From: Bdellovibrionales bacterium
GTDB taxonomy: Bacteria; Bdellovibrionota; Bdellovibrionia; Bdellovibrionales; UBA1609
DNA: 64,000 bases
Assembly: GCA_022450595.1 (NCBI GenBank)
Contig: JAKUPT010000005.1
Location: 3,849 to 67,848 of the forward strand
Direction: 5' to 3'
Below are positions 47,190 through 55,560 of this stretch, one piece after another. A model generated the notes under the pieces. The model ran no database searches and was not told the DNA's origin. It saw nothing but the letters and a program-made list of their open reading frames with translations. The position numbers and the translations under genes were made by a program. The stretch's first letter is position 1, and the number at the start of each line of letters is the position of its first letter.

Positions 47190-47341
47190 GTTCTATTACC
47201 TCCTGTTGAATAGGTGTATAGTCTTTTCAAGTCTATGATCCTTTGTGTATTCACAACACTACTATCGTTGAAAAAGACATTTCATACTAGAGGGTAAAAA
47301 TCGAAAACACTGTTCTCAACCAAGAACAATTAAGAATTTAT

Positions 47342-48250
47342 TTAATAAGGGCTAGGAACTTTCTTCGATAAAAATTGAAGAAATTTTTTAACTCTAGCTG
47401 GAGCAAGGTGTCCCTCAGGCATAATGCCATAAATAAGACGTTCTGGTGCCCATAACTGACCCTTTAAGACTTCCACCAAAGAACCATCCTCATAAGAGTC
47501 TCTTACAAAAGAGGTGGGCATGATACAGAGACCAAAATGCTCTTTTGCCGCATTTTTTAATAAGGAGTCATTACATGACAAGAAACTAAAGCTCAGTTCT
47601 GGCGAGAAAGGTTTTTTTCTAACTTGAAAACACCATTCACTCTTGGCCGTCCTTGGTGAATACCGCATACAATTATGATGAGTAAGATCTTCAATTTTTT
47701 TAGGAACTCCTCTTTTTTCAAGATACTCAGGTGAAGCTGAAATACAGAGTCTGTCTTCACCCAATTTTCGTCCTACGGCAGATTGGTTTTTAATAACTCT
47801 TGTGTATCTCACTATCAAATCAAACTTCTCTGTGGCCAGATCTATCAAGGTATCATCGCTTTTTATATCAAATTGCACTTCTGGATTCATCTCCTGATAT
47901 TCAATGACAGCAGGAAGGAGAATGTGATCAGCAAAAAGCCCCGAAGAGTTAACCCTAATGGTGCCAGAGTCTTTAAGGTTGGTTTTTTGAAAAATTGAAG
48001 AGGCCGTTTTAGCAGCATCAGATATTTGGCGACTGTAATCTAAAAGTTCTAATCCGGACTCACTCAGAGAGACTTTTCTAGTTGTCCGAACCAATAACTT
48101 AACACCCATCTTTTTCTCTAAATCTGTAATTCGTTTACTTACAGCAGATTTAGCAATACCCATCTGGCGGGCAGTTTCAGAAAATGAACCATTTTCTACC
48201 ACTTTTGAAAATAGCACCAGGGTTCCTAAGTCATCTAAATCAAAAATCAT
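47342..48250 (-). CDS. LysR family transcriptional regulator
   Basis: Start chosen at 'MIFDLDDLGTLVLFSKVVENGSFSETARQMGIAKSAVSKRITDLE' (HTH). The ORF track extends it by 20 codons to 48310. Confidence 0.88.
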   Translation of the reverse strand: MIFDLDDLGTLVLFSKVVENGSFSETARQMGIAKSAVSKRITDLEKKMGVKLLVRTTRKVSLSESGLELLDYSRQISDAAKTASSIFQKTNLKDSGTIRVNSSGLFADHILLPAVIEYQEMNPEVQFDIKSDDTLIDLATEKFDLIVRYTRVIKNQSAVGRKLGEDRLCISASPEYLEKRGVPKKIEDLTHHNCMRYSPRTAKSEWCFQVRKKPFSPELSFSFLSCNDSLLKNAAKEHFGLCIMPTSFVRDSYEDGSLVEVLKGQLWAPERLIYGIMPEGHLAPARVKKFLQFLSKKVPSPY

Positions 48251-48480
48251 TATTACTTTCCATATAAATAATACGCTCACAGAGGAGATAAAAATTCTTA
48301 GCTTTAACAATGTTCTGCTAATGATAAATAGAACAAAAAATAATTAAAATAAATAACTAAAATTTAATTTATAACAATTTCTATATTAAATACAAATTAG
48401 TACTTATAGTGACGTATACAGAGTCAGCACGTACTAGAAGTCATAAATGATTTCACCTGTTATTACTCCTAGCTTGTAGG

Positions 48481-48660
48481 TCAATCCATTTTTAAATTAA
48501 AGCTTTTATACTCTTGGAAAACAAAGTTTTCATCTGGAATAATCCAACTAACAGAATCAAATAATATATTCCAAGGGATTAGCAAAGAATTTAAATCATC
48601 AATAATTCTTTTTGCTTCGGAAGGACTTCGTTCTATAGTTTTTGTATAACCGGTGTTTTT
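48481..48660 (-). pseudogene. possible gene remnant or frameshifted small ORF
   Basis: A stop-to-stop minus-strand frame reads KNTGYTKTIERSPSEAKRIIDDLNSLLIPWNILFDSVSWIIPDENFVFQEYKSFNLKMD and has no start codon. An A7 run (48656-48662) separates it from an upstream ATG-initiated frame (ATG at 48746). Confidence 0.2.
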
Positions 48661-48869
48661 TTAGTTATGCAGTTAGTTGCTAGGTTGGCTATTACTAAAC
48701 AACTACAAGAACTTTGCCATAGACAAGCAGTCAAAATACTCACCATCTAGTTTTCAAACTCGGTGACCGGCACTAATTTGTTTAATAGAGTTAAATAAAT
48801 ATAAAGTTGAAGTTAAAAGCAGAAAGGTTTTCACGTACAAATACTTTATAAACTGCGCAAAAATATTTT

Positions 48870-49190
48870 CTATTCGCCAATTAAATATGGTTTAATTGAT
48901 TTATCAATAATACAATTTTTTTCTGATTTATACTTAGAATCTATATTTAATCTTTCTTGACAGAAAAGTCTCTTATACTTCTCTTTTATTTTACAAGTAT
49001 CTTTACTTTTTAAATCATTTTCAGCACTCAAAAAACAATTACTTTTTTGTATTATTATTTCATCACCGGTCTTATTTTTAAAGGCACAATACCTCATAAT
49101 CCAATTAATAGGTTCTGCAGGGTAAGGGCATGATTTAGCAAAAATATTTAAGGGACTAAAAACTAAAAATAACCAAATAAGTTTTTTCAT
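48870..49190 (-). CDS. small secreted Cys-rich ORFan
   Basis: Start chosen at 'MKKLIWLFLVFSPLNIFA' (signal peptide). The mature ~88 aa contain six Cys. The ORF is flanked by AT-rich non-coding DNA. Confidence 0.6.
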   Translation of the reverse strand: MKKLIWLFLVFSPLNIFAKSCPYPAEPINWIMRYCAFKNKTGDEIIIQKSNCFLSAENDLKSKDTCKIKEKYKRLFCQERLNIDSKYKSEKNCIIDKSIKPYLIGE

Positions 49191-49598
49191 AACATGAATA
49201 TAAGGTACTCCAAGACATATTAGCAAGTATAATATAACTTCCTTAAGTCTATTATTTGTTATTGTTTCAAACATGTCTTATGTATATTCTTATGATTTTT
49301 AAATTAATTAACTGTAAAAAATGACTTCGGCGCAAAATAAATTACGCGTCAAAATTTAATTAATATTTATTTTTTTCTTGACCATAATTTTATAATTTTT
49401 ATTTAGATAAAAACTAGCTTTTAACTATTGCATATAAGCTCATTGAAAGCTAAAAGTTTCGCCACTATAGCGCTTAAAATAAATGTTCATCAAGCCTTTC
49501 ATCTTCTTTTAAATCCCACTCAAGAAAAGCTTATAACAGCTAAAAAATCAAAAATAAAACCTATGATAAAGTGGTTTTCAAATGAAGAGGAGATACTT

Positions 49599-50594
49599 AT
49601 GAATCCATCAATTTATAAATCATTATTAAAACTTACAAGTGATGAACTGCTTGCTAAAGCAAAAAAATTGGTTCAACAGGAAAGAGTTATTTTAGTTGAG
49701 ATTTTACATCACCTTTTAATGATTAATGACAAAAAACTATATTTACAAATGGGTTTTAAAAGCCTATTTGATTTTTGCACCAAAGAACTAGGTTATTCTG
49801 AATCCGCAGCGTATAGAAGAATTCAAGCTATGAAGCTTTTAAAAGAAGTACCAGAGGTAAAACAAAAAGTTTTAAGTGGAGGTGTTAATTTAACTCACCT
49901 AGCTCAAGTTCAAAAAGTAGCGACAGTGGAACGAAAACAAAATAATAATGTCATTTCAAAAGCTCAAAAGATTAAGCTTTTAGAAAAGGTTGAAAATAAG
50001 ACGACAAGACAAAGTGAAACAATTCTTCGAGAATTTTCTCCCCTATCTGCTATAAAAAATGATTCAAAAAGAGTGATCAATAATACTCAAACTGAAATTA
50101 AATTTATTGCTGATCAAGAATTGTTAAATAAAATTGAAGAGCTTAAAAACTTACTTTCACATAAACATGTGAACCCTAATATGAATGAATTGTTACATAC
50201 ATTGACTGACTTGGCTTTATGTGAGGTTAGACGTAGAAAAAAGATAATGAATAAAGAAGAGTCAAAACGACCTAAAAGAAATCATAATAAAATCACTTCG
50301 GCGCCGAAGAAGCCATGCGGCAAATTGAAGTATAGGAACCAAAGATATATTCACCCTACTGTTAAAAATGAGGTTTGGTTTCGTGATGGTGGCTGTTGTA
50401 GCTATAGAGATCCGCAGACTAAAAGAAAGTGTGAGTCTAAGTTTCAATTAGAGTTTGATCATATAAAGCCTGTGGCAATTGGAGGAGATAGCGATATTAA
50501 TAACCTTAGGCTTTTGTGCCGGGAGCATAATCAGTATATGGCTTATAAAAATAATTTAATAAAAAATAAATTCTTTAAATTGGGGAATTCATGA
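49599..50594 (+). CDS. HNH endonuclease with DUF222-like N-terminal domain
   Basis: Start chosen at ATG 49599 (GAGGAG RBS 8 nt upstream). N-terminus 'LVQQERVILVEILHHLLMINDKKLYLQMGFKSLFDFCTKELGYSESAAYRRIQA'. C-terminal HNH 'CESKFQLEFDHIKPVAIGGDSDINNLRLLCREHNQY'. Confidence 0.85.
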   Translation: MNPSIYKSLLKLTSDELLAKAKKLVQQERVILVEILHHLLMINDKKLYLQMGFKSLFDFCTKELGYSESAAYRRIQAMKLLKEVPEVKQKVLSGGVNLTHLAQVQKVATVERKQNNNVISKAQKIKLLEKVENKTTRQSETILREFSPLSAIKNDSKRVINNTQTEIKFIADQELLNKIEELKNLLSHKHVNPNMNELLHTLTDLALCEVRRRKKIMNKEESKRPKRNHNKITSAPKKPCGKLKYRNQRYIHPTVKNEVWFRDGGCCSYRDPQTKRKCESKFQLEFDHIKPVAIGGDSDINNLRLLCREHNQYMAYKNNLIKNKFFKLGNS

Positions 50595-50844
50595 GTTATA
50601 TACCCATGTTTTTTCTTTTATTAAGGTCAAGGTGAGCAAAGCTTAATTGATTACTGCAAATGGAAATCTTTGGGCTAACCTAATATTGGAATCTAAAACA
50701 GCACCGATACTATATTATTTTATTAAATGAAGATCTCATCAATAAACCACAATATCTATGTGAGCTATAAAATTCTTTATTATAAATATACTACATTTTC
50801 TTAGTAGTAAGAGTTTTTTGATATAGCCATAGTTTTCAATTTAT

Positions 50845-51213
50845 TTATGATTCTCCACTAGCTTTTTTTCTTGTTTGTCTTTGTGACTTTTGAACCTTCT
50901 TTTCAATGGGCTTTTGATCGATATTAAGCTGGTTAAACAGAAAATTTATTTTTTCTTTCATCGCCTCAAGTTGAAATAAAAGGCTTTCATCTTCATACTG
51001 ATTGTAAGTTGCCTTTCTTAGATGATTATTAATCAGAGTTTGATATTTATTCCCCTCTAATTTTGCTTTTTGCTTAAAATAATCGACAATGTCTGCATCT
51101 AAAAAAATCGTAACCCTTTGTTTCATATTTTTAGGTTCAAAAGCTTCATTAATTTGATCTTTTGAGAGCAGATCTTTTTCTCCATAATTTATTTTATCTT
51201 TCATTGTACTCAT
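50845..51213 (-). CDS. BrnA-like antitoxin-family protein with basic tail
   Basis: 122 aa. 'KQRVTIFLDADIVDYFKQKAKLEGNKYQTLINNHLRKA' matches the remembered BrnA pattern. A strong AAGGAGG RBS lies inside the 3' end of the upstream gene, and the two ORFs overlap by 20 nt. Confidence 0.7.
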   Translation of the reverse strand: MSTMKDKINYGEKDLLSKDQINEAFEPKNMKQRVTIFLDADIVDYFKQKAKLEGNKYQTLINNHLRKATYNQYEDESLLFQLEAMKEKINFLFNQLNIDQKPIEKKVQKSQRQTRKKASGES

Positions 51214-51445
51214 CCCAAGCCTCCTTTAGTCGGTCAGAATTATTTTGAAGCTGTTCAATTATTCTTTTACAATCCCGATAAGAAAATCCGCTAACCGCTA
51301 AAACTTTCCAAGAGTTCAACTCAACTTTTAACTCTGCTTCAAAATTACCTTTTTTGCCTTTAAGTACATGACAATGAGGGTTTCCATGATCGTAATAGTA
51401 AACATACACAGCTAACCCATGCAGCAAATCAAGCACTTTAGGCAT
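51194..51445 (-). CDS. DUF4160 domain protein
   Basis: Start chosen at 'MPKVLDLLHGLAVYVYYYDHGNPHCHVLKG...'. This fits the DUF4160 pattern: MP..., the aromatic run, H..PH.HV, and a C-terminal '...LKEAWDEY'. The ORF track extends it by 29 implausible codons. Confidence 0.75.
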   Translation of the reverse strand: MPKVLDLLHGLAVYVYYYDHGNPHCHVLKGKKGNFEAELKVELNSWKVLAVSGFSYRDCKRIIEQLQNNSDRLKEAWDEYNER

Positions 51446-51511
51446 CTCATAGATTCCTTTTCTCACCCTAAGATTATAAATACACATATATTTTATGCGT
51501 ATAATATACAT

Positions 51512-51540
51512 ATAATATACATATATATGCATATTGTCAA
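51512..51540 (-). promoter_or_regulatory. near-consensus sigma70 promoter with tandem 11-mer repeats (candidate operator)
   Basis: The minus strand reads TTGACA-atatgcatatatatgta-TATTAT. The tandem repeat TATGTATATTA TATGTATATTA overlaps the -10 element. It lies about 65 nt upstream of the DUF4160 ATG. Confidence 0.5.
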
Positions 51541-51574
51541 TTTTTTTGAAAATCTTAGAGTCTATTTGAAATGA

Positions 51575-51598
51575 GCTCTAATACACAAGCTTTAGAGC
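51575..51598 (-). terminator. weak hairpin downstream of tpiA
   Basis: GCTCTAA...TTAGAGC forms a 7-bp stem about 75 nt past the tpiA stop. It has no strong U-tract. Confidence 0.25.
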
Positions 51599-51672
51599 AT
51601 GAGCAATAATAGATATTAGTTCATCAATAATGATAACGACTTCTATTCCTTGCTTTAATTTTACTAATATTT

Positions 51673-52434
51673 TTAAGAATTTTTATAGATCGCAATAAAA
51701 GAACTCACCTCAAGTGAAGCGCCGCCGACTAAAAAGCCATCCACGTGCTCTTGAGCAAAAAGCGCTTTGGAGCTGTCGGGTTTTACACTGCCGCCGTACA
51801 TGATCACGGTCTGGTTGGCGTAGTCTTCGGTGTATTTGGTGGCGAGTTCTGATCGGATAAATTTGTGAGCAAGGCCTGCTTGTTCGGGGGTGGCCACATC
51901 GCCAGTACCGATGGCCCAAACGGGTTCGTAGGCAATCATGAGTGGGCATTCGATGCGGTTTTTTGAAAGGCCTATTTCTAATTGATTTTTTAACACCTCT
52001 TCGGTTTTGCCTTGGTCTCTTTGCTCTTTGGTCTCACCAATGCAAAGAACGGGAGTGACTCCCCAGCTTTGAAGGGTGACAAGTTTATCGGCGATGAACT
52101 CATCAGACTCTTGAAAGATGGTTCTTCTTTCGCTGTGACCAATTAAACAATACTGGGCTCCCACTTCACTCAAGGCTTGAGGAGAGGTTTCACCGGTGAA
52201 GGCTCCCGACTCTTTGGGGTAGCAGTTTTGAGCGCCCCAGCCTACTTTTGTAGAGCCTAAAACTTGTTTGGCTGCCAGTAGGTTTATATTTTGAGGAAAC
52301 AAAATAAATTGTGACTGTTCGGTTTCTTCAGTGATTTCTCTTAAAAACCCTTGAAAGAACTCGATGCTCTCTCTTGCGTTTTTATTCATTTTCCAGTTAC
52401 CGGCTACAATGGGTTTGTCTTGGGATCTTTGCAT
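51673..52434 (-). CDS. tpiA: triose-phosphate isomerase
   Basis: 253 aa. Contains 'VAGNWKMN', 'IGHSERR', 'AYEPVWAIGTG' and 'YGGSV'. Confidence 0.95.
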   Translation of the reverse strand: MQRSQDKPIVAGNWKMNKNARESIEFFQGFLREITEETEQSQFILFPQNINLLAAKQVLGSTKVGWGAQNCYPKESGAFTGETSPQALSEVGAQYCLIGHSERRTIFQESDEFIADKLVTLQSWGVTPVLCIGETKEQRDQGKTEEVLKNQLEIGLSKNRIECPLMIAYEPVWAIGTGDVATPEQAGLAHKFIRSELATKYTEDYANQTVIMYGGSVKPDSSKALFAQEHVDGFLVGGASLEVSSFIAIYKNS

Positions 52435-53669
52435 TAGTCTTGTCCTTCAGATGCTTGGTGAATCTTTTTTCCTCTCAGAGCTAGGAGTCCAGGAAGAGGT
52501 TTGCCCTCTAAATACTCAAGACTGGCTCCTCCGCCTGTTGACACATGAGAAAGCTTGTCGCTCACTCCTGCTTGTGTGACTGCCGAGACCGAGTCTCCGC
52601 CGCCCACAATGGTTAAAGCTTCATTATTGTCAGCCACATGCTTTGCAATACCAAAAGTGCCTTTAGCAAACAGTGGGTTTTCAAAAACACCCATGGGGCC
52701 GTTCCAAAATACACACTTGGCTTCTCTGATGGCTACACCAAATTGAGCCACAGATTTTGGGCCAATATCAAGGGCCATATAGCCTTCTGGGATGTTTTCA
52801 TCTTCAGTGGTTTTAGAGTCTTTAGCATTAAAGCTCTCAGCAACAACATGATCGACGGGCAGAAGCACTGTTTTTTCACGAGTGCTCATGCGCTCTAAAA
52901 AGTTTTTTGCAAAGGTCAGTTTGTCTTTTTCTACCAGAGAGGTGCCCACCTCTTTGCCCATAGCTTTTAAAAAAGTATAGGCCATAGCGCCACCAATAAT
53001 AAACACGTCCACTTGTTTAGCAAGAGCCTCTATCACTTCAATTTTATCACTCACTTTAGCTCCACCAATTATGGCCACAAAAGGATGATCTGGGGCAAGT
53101 AGTACTTTATCCAGCATTTCCACTTCTTTTTTCATCAAAAAGCCAATACCTCGCTGAGGAAACTCATGGGCCATGGCCACAATGCTTGAGTGTGCTCTAT
53201 GACTGGCTCCAAAGGCGTCATTGATGTAAATGTCGGCGTACTCTTTAATGGCGTCTGGAATCATAGAGCCATTGGCTGTCTCTGACGGATCAAATCTTAG
53301 GTTTTCTAACAAGAGAATTTGCTTTGGTCTTAAGGTTTTAAGTAAAGCTTTAGGGGCTTCACTGGTCGGCTCTTCCACCAAAAGCACTTCACAACTTGAA
53401 AGCTCTGATAAGCGATTGGCCACAGGCTCTAGTGAGTATTTCTTGTCGTACTTTCCCTTAGGTCTGCCAAAGTGAGAACCTAGCACAACCTTGGCGCCAG
53501 CATTGATCGCGTACTCGATGGTTGGAAGGGCTGCTCGAATGCGAGTGTCGTCTGAGATTTTGCCATCCACCATGGGGGTGTTAAAGTCGACACGGATAAA
53601 TACCACTTTTCCTGCAATATCCATTTCATCAATGCATTTGATCTCTGAAAGAGTTTTTGATTTCACCAT
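52434..53669 (-). CDS. pgk: phosphoglycerate kinase
   Basis: 411 aa. Contains 'VFIRVDFNTP', 'SHFGRPKG' and 'STGGGASLE'. It has 1-nt overlaps with both gap and tpiA. Confidence 0.95.
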   Translation of the reverse strand: MVKSKTLSEIKCIDEMDIAGKVVFIRVDFNTPMVDGKISDDTRIRAALPTIEYAINAGAKVVLGSHFGRPKGKYDKKYSLEPVANRLSELSSCEVLLVEEPTSEAPKALLKTLRPKQILLLENLRFDPSETANGSMIPDAIKEYADIYINDAFGASHRAHSSIVAMAHEFPQRGIGFLMKKEVEMLDKVLLAPDHPFVAIIGGAKVSDKIEVIEALAKQVDVFIIGGAMAYTFLKAMGKEVGTSLVEKDKLTFAKNFLERMSTREKTVLLPVDHVVAESFNAKDSKTTEDENIPEGYMALDIGPKSVAQFGVAIREAKCVFWNGPMGVFENPLFAKGTFGIAKHVADNNEALTIVGGGDSVSAVTQAGVSDKLSHVSTGGGASLEYLEGKPLPGLLALRGKKIHQASEGQD

Positions 53670-54673
53670 TATAGTCCTTTTTCTTGCATGTAAATCGCCA
53701 TGTCGACCATTCTGTGAGAAAAGCCCATTTCGTTGTCATACCATGAAAAGACTTTAGCCATCTTATCACCCATAACCATCGTGTTGGGTAAATCTACAAT
53801 AGAGCTGTTTTCATTGCCAATAAAGTCACAACTCACAAGCTCATCGTTTTCACAGGCAAGAACACCTTTAAGGTTGCTTTCAGAGGCCTCGATTAAAGCT
53901 TTATTAATGGCATCCACAGAAACGGCTTTGCTGGATTGAAACACAAAGTCCACCATGCTCACGTTAGGTGTTGGAACTCTTACAGCTAGGCCGTCGATCT
54001 TTCCCTTAAGCTCTGGAAGAACCATACCCACAGCTTTTGCAGCGCCAGTGGTAGTTGGAATCATAGAGACGGCTGCGGCACGTGCACGTCTTAAATCTTT
54101 GTGAGTAGCATCCAAAATTCTTTGATCATTGGTGTATGAATGCACAGTGGTCATCATTGCAGACTCAATACCGAAAGACTCGTGAAGCACTTTTGCCACA
54201 GGAGCCAAACAGTTCGTGGTGCATGAAGCATTACTGATGTATCTGTGCTCTGAGGGGTTATACTCTTCGTGGTTAATTCCATAAACAATAGTTAAGTCAG
54301 CACCGGGTGCGGGAGCAGAAATTAAAACTTTTTTAGCTCCGGCTGTAATGTGCTTTTCAAACTCTTCAGGTTTTTTAAAAGCACCTGTGCACTCAAGCAC
54401 TAGGTCTACGCCCCAATCTTTCCATGGAATTTCTTCTGGATTACGAGTTCTTGAAACGGGAATCTTTTTTCCATTTACAATAAGGTTATTGTCATCATAG
54501 CTGACCTCCCCTGGAAAGCGTCCATGGGTGCTGTCATATTTTAACAAATGGGCCATGGCCTTAACATCACCAACATTGTTTATGCCAACGATCTCTAGCT
54601 TTTCAAAACCTGCACGAAATAAAATACGACCAATACGACCAAAACCATTAATACCGACTTTTACTCGACTCAC
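53669..54673 (-). CDS. gap: type I glyceraldehyde-3-phosphate dehydrogenase
   Basis: Start chosen at GTG 54673 (AAGGAG RBS 6 nt upstream), giving 'VSRVKVGINGFGRIGR'. Active site 'SNASCTTNCLAP'. The ORF track extends it to 54727. Confidence 0.93.
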   Translation of the reverse strand: MSRVKVGINGFGRIGRILFRAGFEKLEIVGINNVGDVKAMAHLLKYDSTHGRFPGEVSYDDNNLIVNGKKIPVSRTRNPEEIPWKDWGVDLVLECTGAFKKPEEFEKHITAGAKKVLISAPAPGADLTIVYGINHEEYNPSEHRYISNASCTTNCLAPVAKVLHESFGIESAMMTTVHSYTNDQRILDATHKDLRRARAAAVSMIPTTTGAAKAVGMVLPELKGKIDGLAVRVPTPNVSMVDFVFQSSKAVSVDAINKALIEASESNLKGVLACENDELVSCDFIGNENSSIVDLPNTMVMGDKMAKVFSWYDNEMGFSHRMVDMAIYMQEKGL

Positions 54674-54789
54674 TATAAGCTCCTTGTTTAAAGCTGTTTT
54701 AATACCACTACGTGCTAAGACCTGCAACGTTTAGATCAGCTATCAACACCGTGTCTGAGGAATCCTATGCAAAGGAGCCTTTTACATAT

Positions 54790-55560
54790 TTAATTTTTGA
54801 GCTTTGGAAACATTTTTAAAGCATTTTGATAGGCTTGCTCTTTAAGCTGCTCAATCGAGATATTGTGGATATCACTCACAGCTTCTGCCACATGAACCAC
54901 ATAGCTTGGTTCATTTTTTTTGCCCCGAAATGGCACTGGAGTTAAGAAAGGAGCATCTGTTTCCACATGTAGTCGGTCTAAGGGAACAATTTTTAAGGTC
55001 TCTCTTAAATCTTTGGCATTTTTAAATGAAGCAATGCCGCTGATTGAGATGTTAAAACCACATTCTAAAGATTTTTCAGCCAATCTTTTAGTTCCAGTAA
55101 AGCAATGAATGATACCAGTGACTTGACCTTTAAACTCCTCCAGCACAGCAATGGTGTCATCGTCCGCATCACGGGTGTGGATTTGAACCGGTAACTTGTG
55201 CTGCTTTGCCAGCTCCATAAAACGCCTGAACACATCTATTTGGACCTCACGAGGGGAATGATTGTAATAGTAATCAAGTCCAATCTCACCTATGGCCACA
55301 ACATTGGGCTCTTTAAGACATGACACAATATGGTCTTCAATCTCTTGAGTGAAATCTTTGGCATCGTGAGGGTGCATACCTAGGCTGCAGTAAGAAAATG
55401 GGAAGTGTTTTTTGCTCGTTTCAAAAACAGTTTTGTTGTCTTCACCCGTTCCAATGTTAATGACCTTTTGCACGTCATTGTCTAAACAGCGCTGTTTGAT
55501 CTCTTCTACTTCAGGCTCAAGCATGTTTAAATGTGTATGTACATCAATCCAATGAGACAC
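54790..55560 (-). CDS. tatD: TatD family metal-dependent hydrolase
   Basis: 256 aa. Contains 'WIDVHTHLN', 'AIGEIGLDY' and 'HVETDAPFL'. Confidence 0.9.
   Translation of the reverse strand: MSHWIDVHTHLNMLEPEVEEIKQRCLDNDVQKVINIGTGEDNKTVFETSKKHFPFSYCSLGMHPHDAKDFTQEIEDHIVSCLKEPNVVAIGEIGLDYYYNHSPREVQIDVFRRFMELAKQHKLPVQIHTRDADDDTIAVLEEFKGQVTGIIHCFTGTKRLAEKSLECGFNISISGIASFKNAKDLRETLKIVPLDRLHVETDAPFLTPVPFRGKKNEPSYVVHVAEAVSDIHNISIEQLKEQAYQNALKMFPKLKN

Noticed and set aside
51700-51960. GC-rich patch at the 3' third of tpiA containing an alternative-frame 79-aa Arg-rich ORF (51710..51949). Hand counts of four 60-nt lines from 51721-51960 give 34, 30, 33 and 34 G+C, versus 20 of 60 at 52261-52320. Considered as a horizontally acquired mosaic or an overlapping gene.
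   Set aside because: The TpiA reading frame is intact and carries its conserved motifs (AYEPVWAIGTG, YGGSV). The excess G+C sits largely at C-ending synonymous codons, a bias also visible in pgk, gap and the 5' part of tpiA. This fits highly expressed-gene codon bias. The Arg-rich ORF is a frame artefact of GC-rich sequence.
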